Assembly: GCF_030144855.1 (NCBI RefSeq) | Contig: NC_082734.1 | Coordinates: forward strand, 30,752,001 to 30,816,000 | Direction: 5' to 3' | DNA: 64,000 nucleotides | Source: Hypanus sabinus | Taxonomy: Eukaryota | Shown here: positions 12,311 through 25,589 of the stretch, one piece after another | Position numbering within the stretch: the stretch's first letter is position 1 | Layout of the letters: each line of letters starts with the position of its first letter | The notes under the pieces: model-generated | Told to the model about the DNA's origin: nothing | The model's database searches: none | What the model saw: the letters and a program-made list of their open reading frames with translations, nothing else | Position numbers and translations under genes: made by a program

Positions 12311-12489
12311 TAATTCTCGGTAAAATACGGGACTAGAACGGAGGCCAGGTTCAGAGAGAGCGCTGTATGCAGAATAATACTATTTTCAGGGAAGGAAACG
12401 CGCTTCAGAGTTTAATACGCTACGAATGGAGCGCAGATCGAAAAAAGCTGGAGTCACCCCCATCACCCCTTTCCGCAGACAATATGGGT

Positions 12490-12505
12490 GGCTCTGAAAA
12501 GAGCC
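12490..12505 (-). terminator. Histone 3' stem-loop (H2A copy 2)
   Basis: Minus strand GGCTCTTTTCAGAGCC followed by ACCCA. Confidence 0.93.
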
Positions 12506-12535
12506 TTTGGGTCTTTTAACTGACGTTTCACTTGT

Positions 12536-12940
<405 letters not shown>

Positions 12941-12974
12941 CTAATCAGAGAATGAGAAAATTGTTCCGCATTCG

Positions 12975-13170
12975 CCTTTTTTATAGCTTTTGGTGGATTG
13001 CGGAAGGGCACTTATGATTGGTGCTGCAGCACTTACTCCATTTGGTGATTTGGAATTACCCAATCAGCGAGCTGTCTAATTCTCCAATGATCAGACGGCA
13101 GCAAGAGAAGCGCGAAAAATAACCGTCACTATCCAAAAGGACCTCAAATTTGAAAAGCCCGCCAAGGAAA
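12975..13170 (-). promoter_or_regulatory. H2A promoter, copy 2
   Basis: GCTATAAAAA, CCAAT boxes, TTGGCGGGCTTTTCAAA at 13149-13165. Confidence 0.8.
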
Positions 13171-13225
13171 AATATTGTCCAAAAAAATGCAATCGGCAAC
13201 TTCTGTATGAGCATAGACTGCCCAC

Positions 13226-13530
13226 ATAGAACATAGAAAACCTACAGCACAGTACAGGCCCTTCGGCCCACAAAGCTGTGCCAAACATTTCCTTACCTTA
13301 GAACTACCTAGGATTACCCATAGCCCTCTATTTTCCTAAACTCCATGTACCTATCCAGGAGTCTTTTCAAAGACACAATCGATTCCACCTCCAACACCGT
13401 CGTCAGCTGCCCATTCCATACAGTCACCACTCCCTGCTTAAAAAAAAACACTTACCCCAGATATCTCCTCTGTACCTACTTCCAAGCACCTTAAAACCGT
13501 GCTATCTTGTGTTAGCCATTTCAGCCCTGG
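13226..13530 (-). mobile_element. CR1 3'-end fragment
   Basis: Reverse complement of the GGCCGAAGGGCCTGTA..GTGCTGTAG..TTCTATGTT tail also seen at 9790-9834. Confidence 0.85.
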
Positions 13531-14457
13531 GGTGTTCCCTGATCTTGCTGTCCCAATGCATCTAGCAGGGTGAACTTTAACCATCAAATAATTGTTTCCA
13601 AATAATTCAGATCAGGCTTTATATGAAATACTTTATAACATGGCTTTATTTAGCTAAGGGCAGCTAATGGAACATAATCACTTCACAAAGGGAGAGGCAG
13701 AAGCTGAAAGGGGAAAATGGACAGAGGGGGAGCAGTTACTATAAGTTTGAGTCTACAGAGCAAAATGGACAGTTGTTATTTTGGATTGAGGGTCCCCTGA
13801 CCAGCTGTGTTTCTCTAGTGCTTTTGTGAGTTGCTTCAAATTTCCAGCATCTGGGGTCTCTTGGCCAGTCATTTACTGTCTGCACGGAATGTGAATTAAT
13901 TCTGTCATAACTATGTCTGGTCCCTCTTTGTGAAAACATCATGGAAGGGTCACTTCACAAACTGTGGTGGAAGCAGTATTGTGAGTTAATTTATTCTCAT
14001 GCAGATTCAGGGCACTTCGGAAGCAGTACAGTGGAGTAATTGAGAGGCATTACTTCGTAACTTGAACTGGAACAAAAGCAAGCACACAGAAAATCCTACT
14101 CAACCATCCATTGTCAATGGAAGGTTCAGTGAAACAAGGGTTTGAAGATGATGACAAACTAATGGGGAATGAGAAGGGGAAGTTCCATGTTAGTGCGGTG
14201 TACAGGCACACTAAAATTTCAGCAGGCAGGGGGACAGCTAATTGTCATCAACATATCCTGATAAATATTATCTCCTAAAACAGAAAATTGAAGCAGTTGC
14301 GAAAAATATCGTTGAAATATTAGGACAAATCTTTCTTGAAAACTTGAAAACGAAGGGGAAAGACACTAAAATAACAAGGTGGGGGTAGGGGAAGGAGGAC
14401 TAGTTAGAAGGTGATAAGATGGCATTTCAGTTTGTTTAGTCAGCATCCTGTAGAAAT

Positions 14458-14681
14458 CCACTTGAAGCTGATGTACTTGGTCTCCAACTTTGTCCCTTCA
14501 AACGCAATGTGTCTGGCAAGTTCCCCGAGGAGCAGCATCAGGCATGTGGCAGTCTGGTTCTCCCAGGATATAACAATGAACCACTTCTTGTAATGGTCCA
14601 GTTTGGAAGCCTTACAACTGCTGTGCTCAAAAATCTCTTTCACAAATTAGTTCATGATGCTGATAACCCAGAGGACATGGC
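14458..14681 (-). pseudogene. H2B: Degenerate H2B pseudogene (C-terminal two thirds)
   Basis: SIMN*FVKEIFEHSSCKASKLDHYKKWFIVISWENQTATCLMLLLGELARHIAFEGTKLETKYISFK aligns to H2[66 protein letters not shown]. Confidence 0.85.
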
Positions 14682-14689
14682 AGACTCTC

Positions 14690-15130
14690 CAAAGCCCAAA
14701 CATCTTTCCTAAAATGGTGGGACCAGAACTGTATGCAGTACTCCAGATACAGTTTTATAAAGATGCAACATAACTTCCTGATATTTGAACTCATTGCCTC
14801 AGCTAATGAGGGCAAGCATGCCCTATGCCTTCTTAACCGCCCTATCAACCTGTTCAGCCACTTTCAGGGAACTGTGAACTTCAACTCCCAAGGTCCATCT
14901 ATTTATGAATACCATTAAGGGTTTTGCTCTTAACAGTGCGCTGTCTGTTTACATTTGATCTACCAAGGTGAAACACCTCACATTTTGCTGGGTTAAACTC
15001 CATCTGCTATTTCTCTACCCTATCTGCAAATAATCTGTATCTCATTGTATTCCCTGCCAGTCTTCTATGCTATCCACAACACCACCAATCTTCACATCAT
15101 CTGCAAACTCACTACCCCAACCATCTACAT
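14690..15130 (-). mobile_element. CR1 RT C-terminal fragment
   Basis: YLEYCIQFWSHHFRKDV motif. Confidence 0.75.
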
Positions 15131-15134
15131 TTTC

Positions 15135-15500
15135 AGAGCAACACACACACATACACATAACTGGAGGAAGTCAAAACATCAGGCAGCATCTATGCAGGGG
15201 AAGGAACAGTCAGCATTTTGGGTTGAGAAACTTCTTCAAGACTGGAAAGGAAGGGTGAAGACACCAGAATAAAAAGGTGTGGGGTGGAGAGGAAGGAGGT
15301 ACTAGCTAGAAGGTGAAGCCAGATGGGTGGGTGCAGAAGGAATCTGATAGGAGAGGAGAGTGGACCATGTGAGAAAGAAGGAAGGGCAGCTGCATGAGTT
15401 GATGTAGGTGGAGAGAAGAGAATAGAGGCCAGAGTAGGGAATAGAGAGAGAGGAAAGGGAGAAAGAAAACTTTTTTTTTTACTGGAAATTGATGTTCATG
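15135..15500 (-). mobile_element. Penelope-like element 3' terminal fragment
   Basis: CTGGAGGAA.TCA..A.ATCAGGCAGCATCTATG plus a purine-rich tract, homologous to 48760-49180. Confidence 0.7.
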
Positions 15501-15504
15501 CCGA

Positions 15505-16270
15505 AACTATAGAAAGGGTACAGAGGAGATGTACAAGGATGTTGCTTGGATTGGGGAGCATGCCTTATCAGAATAGGTTAAGTGAACTCGGCCTTTCTTC
15601 CTTGGAGCAACTGAGGATGAGAGGTGACCTGATAGAGGTATGTACGATGGTGAGAGTCATTGATCATGTGGATAGTCAGAGGATTTTTCCCAGGGCTAAA
15701 ATGGCTAACAAAATTTTAAGGTGCTTGGAAGTAGGTACTGAGGAGATGTCAGAGGTAAGGTTTTTTTCTTTACGCAGACAGTGGTGAGTGTGTGGAATGG
15801 GCTGCCCTCCACAGTGGTGAAGGCAGATGCTATAGGGTCTGTTAAGAGACTCCTGGAGCTCAGAAAAATAGTGGGCAATGGGTAATTTCTAAGGTAAGGC
15901 CATGTTTGGCACCGCTTAGTGGGCCGAAGGGCCTATATTGTGCTGTAGGTTTTCTATGTTTCTACCTTGGTTGGCAATCAGTGGTAAGTGGTGTGCCAAG
16001 GGGTTGGTGCTGGGTTCACAACTGTTCATGATGTACATCAACGACCTGGAAGAGGGGACTGAGTGCAGTGTATCTAAGATTGCTGATTACACTAAATTGA
16101 GTGGAAAAGCAAATTGTGCAGAAGATATGGAGAGTCTGCAGAGAGATATAGACAGGTTAAGTAAGTGGGCAAATGGAGTGTAATGTTGGTAAATGTGAGG
16201 TCATCCACTTTGGAAGAAAAAATGGAAGAGCAGATTTACCATTATTTAAATGATAGCAGCATGCTGCTGT
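15505..16270 (+). mobile_element. Two CR1 fragments (3' end, then an RT piece)
   Basis: MRGDLIEV, tail TTTTCTATGTTTCTA; then YINDLEEG...KIADYTKL. Confidence 0.85.
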
Positions 16271-16874
16271 TAAAGAACTTGCGACTCCAAGTCGCCGTGT
16301 GTAACGGACTCTTCTCAGCTAGAAAGTAAATCCAGAAGGACTGGGGATTGGGAAACATTGCTATACCTGCTGGCGATGCCCACACACAGGAAAAGATTAA
16401 AACCATTCCCGGCAATGTCTGGAACAGAGTAAGAATATTCAGCCCACACGGGACAACACCGGTTGTTCAAACCATCCCCTTCGTCGGCTCACAACCATGT
16501 ATGTTCAGACTTCCGAGTGTGGATCGTAATATGATCGTTTTCACATTCCTATTGTAAATAACACTGTCAGATCTAACATCTGCAGCAAGAACAGAAGCAA
16601 AGATTCTCAGCGGCAGTTCCTTCTGCCGCAGCTTCCACCAGCGGTACCAGTCTCTGGGCGGGTTGTGATTGCCTACAACCAGGTACAAAGATTGGTCATT
16701 TAATACTTACATTCCAATAGTTAGAATGACGTAATAAATTCCATCCTTCCAAACTAACCAATGACAAACTTGTTATCCTGAATCCTTCATTAGCATAGGG
16801 TGGAGCCACATTGCCGATTTAATCCGCACTCCGAGTGAGTTCCGCATTTTCTGGGTCGGTAACTGACTGAAGAA

Positions 16875-17237
16875 ATGCCTGAAACCAAAGCTCCGAAGAA
16901 AGGCGCCAAGAAAGCCGTGTCCAAGGCCAAGGGCACCAAGAGGCGCAGGAGGTCGAGGAGGGAGAGTTACTCCATCTACGTCTACAAGGTGATGAAGCAG
17001 GTTCACCCCGACACCGGCATCTCCTCCAAGGCCATGGGCGTCATGAACTCGTTCGTGAACGATATTTTCGAGCGCATCGCGCGCGAGGCTTCCCGCCTGG
17101 CCCATTACAACAAGCGGTCGANNNNNNNNNNNNNNNNNNNNNNNNNNNNNNNNNNNNNNNNNNNNNNNNNNNNNNNNNNNNNNNNNNNNNNNNNNNNNNN
17201 NNNNNNNNNNNNNNNNNNNNNNNNNNNNNNNNNNNNN
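16875..17237 (+). CDS. H2B: Histone H2B variant, copy 2 (3' part masked; end inferred)
   Basis: Visible part matches copy 1 except KAMG versus KAMS; octamer variant ATTAGCAT at 16789-16796. Confidence 0.85.
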
Positions 17238-17252
17238 NNNNNNNNNNNNNNN
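17122..17252. other. 131-nt N run over the H2B 3' end
   Basis: Directly visible. Confidence 0.98.
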
Positions 17253-17268
17253 ACAAACCGAAAACAAC

Positions 17269-17284
17269 GGCTCTTTTAAGAGCC
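17269..17284 (+). terminator. Histone 3' stem-loop (H2B copy 2)
   Basis: GGCTCTTTTAAGAGCC, then GGAAGAGTTG. Confidence 0.92.
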
Positions 17285-18077
17285 ACTCACACTTTCCATG
17301 GAAGAGTTGCTCCAGTATTTCAGCAGTGATTAATAACTAACCTTTCCTTACAGATTTTCAGTCTAGGAATAATTATTGTTTATTGCGATCCGTATGTCCG
17401 TTTTAATCCCGGACTCGCTCTTACTACCCTATGTACCGTCACGGAGCATTTTCCCCTTTTGTTATCGGCTTGTTTCCGTCTTCAGTCATGCACACACACA
17501 ACTATATACAAAGTGCATCGTTGTGAGGCAGATACTTGCTGTTACTGATTCACTTTATCACCAACAGTTCCCTGTGCTGGAACTGTCCTGCGTCTTATTT
17601 GTACTTGTGATTTAGTATATGTTCACGGTTTTTTGACATTGCAGTGTCGGCCTCGATCGTAACTTATGAACTGCGAACCGTCCATAACCGGATGCGTTTC
17701 AAATTAAAACAAAATCCTGTCATGTTCTGATTCCGTATTTGTACCGATCGATGATTAAAATGAAAATTTAATTCACAGTCACTCCCATATCGGAATGTAA
17801 CTAGTTTAAGGTGACTTTGCGGGTTGTGATCTATTAATTATTTGCGTCATTTGTCCTCTTGAATCGGTCTTTGTTAAGCGTGGTTTGTCGTGGATTCAAT
17901 TGACTGTTTTGTGGGTTTCTGCAAGAAGAATTTCAAGGCTGTATATTTGTCTACAGTTTGATAATTTTACTTTGAACATTAAATTTAATTCACGCAGTCT
18001 ATTATAAATGGATCAGGATATCTGACCCCATTCACAAACCGTATAATATAAATACACACACACTGTTTCGGAATGTT

Positions 18078-18295
18078 CTATAAAATTATCTTTCTCTTGA
18101 CGGACTTTACAAATTTCACAGTTCTTGTGGTTTGGTCGTTAGTTTTGGCGCTTACCCTGTTGCCTGGTCGTTGGTGAATAAGGACGCTCTCTGATCGGGC
18201 ATTTCCTCTGAGAATTATGAAACCCCTAATGAGATTAGGCAATTTACCGCCAATGAAGCTCCACTCTCCAGTCATCCAAAAGATAGCAGAAAATA
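18078..18295 (+). promoter_or_regulatory. Inverted H2A-promoter relic, unit C
   Basis: Homologous to 563-780 and 12094-12310. Confidence 0.6.
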
Positions 18296-18444
18296 AAATT
18301 ACTGATTTTCGGTAAAATTGGGTACTGCGCAAATAAATGTAGTTATTTTCTGGGGGAGGAAAAGCACTTTAGCCTGAGACTTTAATACGGAAACACCCGG
18401 AGTCACCCCAGTCTGTATCAGCCCTTTTCTTAGACAATATGGGT

Positions 18445-18460
18445 GGCTCTGAAAAGAGCC
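18445..18460 (-). terminator. Histone 3' stem-loop (H2A copy 3)
   Basis: Minus strand GGCTCTTTTCAGAGCC, HDE-like AGAAAAGGGCTG. Confidence 0.93.
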
Positions 18461-18490
18461 TTTGGGTCTTTTAACTGACGTTTCACTTGT

Positions 18491-18883
18491 TTATTTGCCC
18501 TTGGGGTTGGTGGATCCGCCGGATTTCTTGGGCAAAAGCACGGCCTGGATATTGGGCAGTACCCCGCCCTGAGCGATGGTCACCCCTCCCAGCAGCTTGT
18601 TGAGCTCCTCGTCGTTGCGGACGGCCAGCTGCAGGTGTCTGGGGATGATGCGGGTCTTCTTGTTGTCTCGGGCCGCGTTGCCGGCCAACTCGAGGATTTC
18701 AGCCGTCAGGTACTCGAGTACAGCAGCCAGGTAGACTGGGGCTCCGGCACCCACCCGATCGGCGTAATTACCCTTTCTCAGGTGCCTGTGAACACGGCCC
18801 ACCGGGAACTGCAGTCCGGCCCGAGACGAGCGAGACTTGGGCTTGCTCTTAGCCTTACCACCGGTTTTCCCTCGTCCACTCAT
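18491..18883 (-). CDS. H2A: Histone H2A, copy 3 (130 aa, intact)
   Basis: As copy 2 but NYADRV and [12 protein letters not shown]. Confidence 0.95.
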   Translation of the reverse strand: MSGRGKTGGKAKSKPKSRSSRAGLQFPVGRVHRHLRKGNYADRVGAGAPVYLAAVLEYLTAEILELAGNAARDNKKTRIIPRHLQLAVRNDEELNKLLGGVTIAQGGVLPNIQAVLLPKKSGGSTNPKGK

Positions 18884-18929
18884 TTCCACACACTCCTAAA
18901 CAGAGAATGAGAAAACTGTTCCGCATTCG

Positions 18930-19125
18930 GCCTTTTAATAGCTTCCGGTGGATTGCGGAAGGGCACTTACGATTGGTGGTACAGCAAGCTCTCCAATTGG
19001 TGATTTGAAAAAACCCAATCAGCGAGCTGTCTAATTCTCCAATGATCAGACGGCAGGAAGAGAAGCGCGGAAAATAACCGTCACTATCCAAAAGGACCTG
19101 ACATTTGAAAAGCCCGCCAAGGAAA
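18930..19125 (-). promoter_or_regulatory. H2A promoter, copy 3
   Basis: GCTATTAAAAG TATA variant, CCAAT boxes, TTGGCGGGCTTTTCAAA at 19104-19120. Confidence 0.75.
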
Positions 19126-20229
19126 ACATAATATTAAACAACTACTACTTCTTTTTGCGCCCTTAACTCCTAGTGGAGTCGTCGGGGTGTCGTCATGACA
19201 AGCTTTGCACCTTGCTTTTAGTGTGCTCATCACGCGGCGTGTCTCATCCAAAACAAAAGCAATTAACAATATCTGTGTGAACACAGACTGCCCGATGGCC
19301 AGTCAGTTTCTGTTTATACCGAATGTGAATTAAATATTCTTGATAAAAACACATCACATCATGGAAGAGTCTCTTCACAAATTGTGATGAAAGTACATAA
19401 ACAACAATGTGAGAGTTAATTTATTCTCGTATAGATGCAGGGCACTTAGGAAACAGTATAGTGGAGTAATTGAGAGGCATTTTCTTCATAACTCAAACAT
19501 GTACAACAGCAAGCTCACAAAGATCCTGTTCAACTTCATCCATTGTCAGTAGAAGGATTAGTGGGAGATTTGTTTGAAGGTGCAGGAAAATTAACTGGGA
19601 AGTGGAAGGGGAAGTTCTGTGTTAGTGCAGTGTGCAGGAACATTAGAATTTCATCAGGCAGGGGAATGGCTAATTGTTATCAACATAATCCTTGTAAATA
19701 GGTCTTCTAAATATACTATAACAGATATCAACAAACTCAGCGGATCAAATTATAATAATGTTTATTACTTGCAAAGGAAGTCTACCTCCATATGTTAAGT
19801 CATAGGTAGGTAGTTTCAATCTTGCAACTCAAAACAGATTTTTATACCTTTACAGAATCCTGTAATTCATCAACTTCATGTGTTTGAGGTCATTCCATCC
19901 CTTATTTGCATTCCTGCCCTATCTCATCTCTGTTTGTCAGTCTGGGATCATACAGGTGCCATTTTGTCACATTTACATTACAAAATTATAATTTCATAAA
20001 GACTTCAGGGTAACAGATAAAATTCAACAACAGATCTTTACAGCAGTCAGCTCTGTACTGGAAGGGCACAGAATTTCACAACAGCCAGCACCATACTGTA
20101 ATGAAACACAGATGGCACTCTATAGTAAGGACACAGACTTCTACGACAGCACCGTACTGCAAGGACACATACATATACAACCAGTTGTACAAAAAAGTGA
20201 AAATCTAAAATTAAATATGCAGACACTAC

Positions 20230-22740
20230 AAGACAGGATGGTGGCGAATGTTGTATTCTTATCTAAGAGCTGCATCTACAAGGCTGGGAACTACAGGCCA
20301 GTGAATCTAACAACAGTGTTACAAAATATTCTTGCTGGAAGGAGAAAGAGGGTGGTAGTGGAAGCTTGTTATTCAGAATGGAACTAGTGGGTCATGGGGA
20401 TCGGTGTCATCTGCATTATCAATTTGTCTGACAATGTTGCTATCATGGTTAGTGAGTTTGACAATGACAGCAACAGTGGTGAAGTGCTCAGTGAATATTA
20501 TTTAAGTTTACAATGGGAGTGAGATGAACTAGGGGATTAGACCAAAGGATGGCAGATGGATGTTAACGTGGACAAGTATGAGGTGTTGCGTGATGACAAG
20601 TTCAAACAGGGGAGGACTATGGAGAGTGATGCAGAACAGAAAAACCAAGGTGCATTGTTAACTGAAAGTGATGGCCCTGGTTATCAGAATGGTAAAGGCA
20701 GAGTTCTGACCTGCTGCCTTCATTGGTGAAGGCATTGATTATGGTAGTTGGGACATCCTGTCGTAACTGTACAAGTTGAGGTGATACCGCAATATATTGT
20801 GCACAGCTCCAGTCACCCAGCTGCAGGAAGAATGTCATTAATTTGCAAAGGATGCAGAGAAGATACACAGAGATGTTATTGGCACTGGAGGGTTTGAATT
20901 ATCAGCAGAAGCTTGGCCAGGCTGGGACACCTTTATTAACCCTAGAGAGTAGGAAGTATAGAGGTATATATGAGGTGAATAGATTACATGGATGGTCACA
21001 GACTTTTTCCCAGAGTAGGGAATCTAAAACAACTTTAAGGTGAAGGGAAAAGATTTATAAGCAATGTTTTCACACAGAGGCTAAAGATATATGCAACAAG
21101 GATGTTGTCAATAAGAGTACAATTATAACGTTTAAAAGATATTCGGCTTTCCTCAGGCACAACAAGTGATAGGAAAGAATGTAAAATAGTGGTGGGGGTG
21201 TGTTATACTGTTGTTTAAGGTGATAATTGTACTTTCATTGACAACATCCTTGTTGCACATATCTTTAGCTTCTGTGTTTAAGGAAACCATCACAGCAGTA
21301 ATGAGGTGGGACTTTATGAGGTCATGTAGTAGGGCTTAGAAATCAAACAAGGGACAATGATTTTGTTGGGATTATACTGCAGGACTTCCAACATTTGGTG
21401 GGAGATTGAGGAGCATGTATGTTGGTAAATCACATAGAGGTATAATGGGAACAGAGTTGCATTGGTTACACATTTCAACTTCCACAATATTAACCAAATT
21501 GTTTCCAACTGTTGCAAAGGTCTGTGTCCTTACAGTTTGGTGCTGGCTGATTATTTATATTAATTTGGCAATACAGCTCAGTTACAGGCCCTTCCGGCCC
21601 AATGAGCCCACATCACCCAATTACACCTTTGTGGCCAAATAACCAATTAAAGGTTGCTGCTGCTGTATTAACCACTACGCTACTGTGCTGCCATTGTGGA
21701 GGGTATCATATGGTGTTTGAAAGGATCTGGCAATTGTTGGATGGATGAACTTCAAGGTGTATATAAAATCCTGAGGGTATAGGTAGGAGAACAATCAAGG
21801 TCTTTTGTTAGCCACAGAGCAGGTGTGTATAATACTATGGGGAATAGGGTTAAGGTGAGATGGGTAATATTTAAAGGGCATCTAGGGGACAATTCTTTTA
21901 CTCAGAGTGACAGATATGTGGAACAGGCTGCAAGGAAGCTGTTGAGATGGGGACAAATAGAATAATATTAGAGGTGATGGTGATTGGTGCAGGGATAAGA
22001 AAATATCAGTCCAATATGGGTTACATGCAGGCAAATGGGACCAGCTCATGTCGGCAATGGTAGGCAATGTCGGCAATGGAGGTTAAATGACTTGTTTCTG
22101 TGCTGTAGAACTCTGACTGTAGGAAGAAGCATGTCAGACAAGAGGTAGAGGTTTTAGGAGAGGATTAAGAGGTTTAGAGGGGATGTGTTGAAGAATTTGT
22201 TCTTCACCCAGCGGTATGTTATAACCTGGAACTTATTTCCTGAAGGGGTAGTGTAGGCACCTGTTTAAGGACCATCTTCAGCCAAGGAACCAAGACATGA
22301 TAGATGAAAGACCAAGTGCTGATCTAGTGAAGTCAGATACTCATTGGTTGCTATAGACATGGTGGGCCCAAGTCCCTACTACACAAACCTCTGTGAACGT
22401 GCAGTGGGTACCTGGTCAATCAGGGTTCAGGAAAGATTAACAAAGATTCTGCCTGGATTAGGGGACTTGAGTTAAAATGAGGAATTGGACAGGCTGGGTC
22501 TGTTTTCTCAAGATCAGGAGTGGAGAGGACTGAAAGGTGACATGGCAGAGCTGTATAAATTTATGAGAGGCAAAGAAAGGAATCCGTTTTCCATGGTGTG
22601 GGTGTGTAAAGCTACAGATTTCAGGGTTAAGGTGACAGATGGGGTGGTTAAGGGGGATCTAATGAGTAAATATTTCACCCAGAGAACAGTTGGTACCTGG
22701 ACTGAGCTGCCAGAGGAGGTGGCGGAGGCAGGAACCAAGA
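20230..22740 (+). mobile_element. Patchwork of old CR1 fragments
   Basis: GNYRPVNLT, RMQRRYTEML, GLKGDMAELYKFMRG, FTQRTVGTW. Confidence 0.65.
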
Positions 22741-23704
22741 AAGTCTGTGTTCAACATCACTCCACAGGACTCTGTCATTCACTGTTCTGGTCTAACTGAC
22801 CAAAATGCAACATTTTGCATCCACCTAACTTAAACATCACCTCCCATTTCTTTGCCCACCTTCCTGGTTGATCAATATGGTATTTGTGACCTTCCCACCA
22901 AGTTTCATGTCATCTGTAAACTTGTCAATCATGCTTCCCATATCCTTATCCACATCATTAACGTAAATGACAAAATAAGAGGGGATCAGTGTCAATTCCT
23001 GTGGTCACCGCTGGTCACAGGCCTTCAGACAAACAAGTCAGGGTCATGAGAACACAAGCAGGACCACAAACAGAGGAGAGCAGAATTGATGGGGAGCCAG
23101 GGTAGGAGGAGGTTACAGAGAGAGCGAGGGGTGAGGACCAAGGAAAATGTGAGCTCAAGGATGAGAATTGGACACCTGAAGCAGGGAGGCATTGCAGTAA
23201 CGCACTGACAGACACTGTTCCCAGAATGGCAGGCAGGAAGAGAAGAGACCAACGTCCACATTAGACCAGGCCTACCAGACTCCACCAGTCCGTTCCTACA
23301 TCCAAAGGTCAATGGCAGAGAGCAAGGAGCAGCTCATCTGATCCAATCTGTGCCTTCTCCACCTCTCCACATCAACCTGCAAACCACAGGAGAAGCCCAT
23401 TAATTCACCTCTCACTCTTCAAAACCACAGCAAGTATTGACCAACCCCACTTAAGTTCCTGCCTGACCTCCTTCCCTGGCCATACCACTCCCCACTCCGT
23501 GGTCCTTCCCTCTGCCCCATGCCCCCACTGTGCCCCCTTCTTCTGGTAATGTATAATGGCAGATGCATTAGCATCACTGAGCATCAGTCAAGCACCCCAA
23601 ACTTTTCTTTCAGAAAATCTTCCACCACCATCCCATTCATATTTATACCACTACAACCCAGATAGTACTATCAGCATTGACATCTCCACACCATTTAACC
23701 TATT

Positions 23705-25085
23705 TAAGACCATAACATATATGAGCAGAATTAGGCTATTTGGCCCTTCGAGTCAACTCTGCTATTTCATCATGGCTGATCCATTTCCCTCTCAGCCCCA
23801 GTCTCCTGCCTTCTCCCCATATCCCTTCCTGCCCTGACTAATCAAGGATTTATCAACCTCTTCCTTAAATATAACCAAGGACTTGGCATCCGCAGACACC
23901 TCTGATTCACCATACTCTGGCTAAAGAAATTTCTCATCTCTGTTCTAAAAGGACATCTCTCTATTCCGAGGCTGTGACCTCTGGTCTTAGACTACCCCAC
24001 CAAATCTACTCTATCGAGGCCTTTCAACATTCGATAGGTTCCAATGTGATTACCTCCCCTCATTCTTCTGAATTCCAGTGAGTAAAGGCCCAGGGCTATT
24101 AAACTCTCTTCATATGACTGGCCTTTCAATCCCAAAATAATTTTCGTGTACCTCCTTTGAAACTTCTCCAATGTCAGCACATCCATTCTTACATAAGGGG
24201 CCCGAACCCACTCACAATACTCCAGATGAGGCCTCACCAGCCCTTATAAAGCCTTAAGATTACATCCTTGGTTTTATATTCTAATCCTCTCAAAATTAAT
24301 ACCAACATTGCATTTACCTTCTTCATCACTGACTCAATCTGCAAATTAACCTTTAGGGAATCCTGCACAAGGACTCCCAAGCCTCAGATTTTTGAATTTT
24401 TTCTCCATTTAGGAAATAGTTTACTCTTGTATCTCTTCTACCAAAGTGTATGATCATACATTTCACTACACTGTATTCCATCCCCCACTCTTTGCACATT
24501 CTCCTTATCTTTTTCAGTCCTTCTGTGGTCTCTCTGCTTTCTCAATACTACCTACCCCTCCACCTACCTTCGTATCCTCTACAAACTTGACTACAAAGCT
24601 ATCAATTCCTTCACCCAAATCATTAGCATATAATGTAAACAAGACGTGGTCCAAACACAGACACCCGTGGAACACCACTACTCACCAGCAGCCAATCAGA
24701 AAAGAATCCCTTTGTTCAATTTCTCTACTGCCAATCATCCAATGCTCTATCCATGCTAGTATCTTTCTTGTAATACCAGGGATTCTTAACCTGTTAAGCA
24801 GCCTCATATGTGGCACTGTGTCAAAGGCCATTTGAAAATGCAAGTAAACAATATCAACCAATTCTGCCTCAACTATCCTTGTTATTTTTTTCCAACAAAT
24901 TCCAACAGATTTGCCCTTAAGGAAACCATGCTGACTATGGCATATTTTATCATCTGCCTCCACGTACCCCAAAACCACATGCTTACCAATCAACTCCAAC
25001 ATCTTCACAACCACTGAGGTCAGAACAACTGATTTCCTTTCTTCTGCCCTCTCCCTTCTTGAAGACTGGAGTGACATTTCCAATT
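23705..25085 (-). mobile_element. 5'-truncated CR1
   Basis: SQHGFLKGKS, VYLHFQMAFDTVPH, RPHLEYC, LEFRRMRG; tail at the low end. Confidence 0.85.
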
Positions 25086-25320
25086 TTCCACCTATCATCT
25101 CCCAGTTTCTAGCTCCATCCACCCACCTGGTCTCACTTCTATCTTGTAATCATTCCCCTCCTTTTTAATCTTTCCCCCTCCTTTCCAGACCTAATGAAGC
25201 TTCTCAACCTGGAACATTGGCTGTTTATTCATTTCTACAGATGCTGCCTGACCTGCCGAGTTCCTCCAGCTCTTTGTGTATGTTGCTCTGGATGCCCAGC
25301 ATCTACAGAATCCCTTATGT
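25086..25320 (+). mobile_element. Penelope-like 3' terminal fragment
   Basis: Pyrimidine tract, degenerate CTAATGAAG...GGAACATT, AGATGCTGCCTGACCTGCCGAGTTCCTCCAGC. Confidence 0.7.
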
Positions 25321-25589
25321 TTTTAATCTCTTCCCCCTCGTTTATTTATATCCAGTCGACTGCCTTCAACGCTTCCTTCTTTTTTTACAGTTTATCGTTA
25401 TTTGTCACATGTACATTGAAACATACAGAGAAATGTCTCATTTATTTTTGTTGTTTAAAACCTGTCTACTTAATTTCATCACTGGATGATAAACTACTAC
25501 AATGCTCAATCGCCCGCTGACTTATTATTTCCATTTACCACAAACCTGCCATTCGCCTTCCTCCAGATAACTCTTATCACCATACACCA

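Noticed and set aside
20040-20230. Weak periodicity (GCAC...TACTG...ACACAGA)
   Set aside because: Too degenerate to define a unit or function
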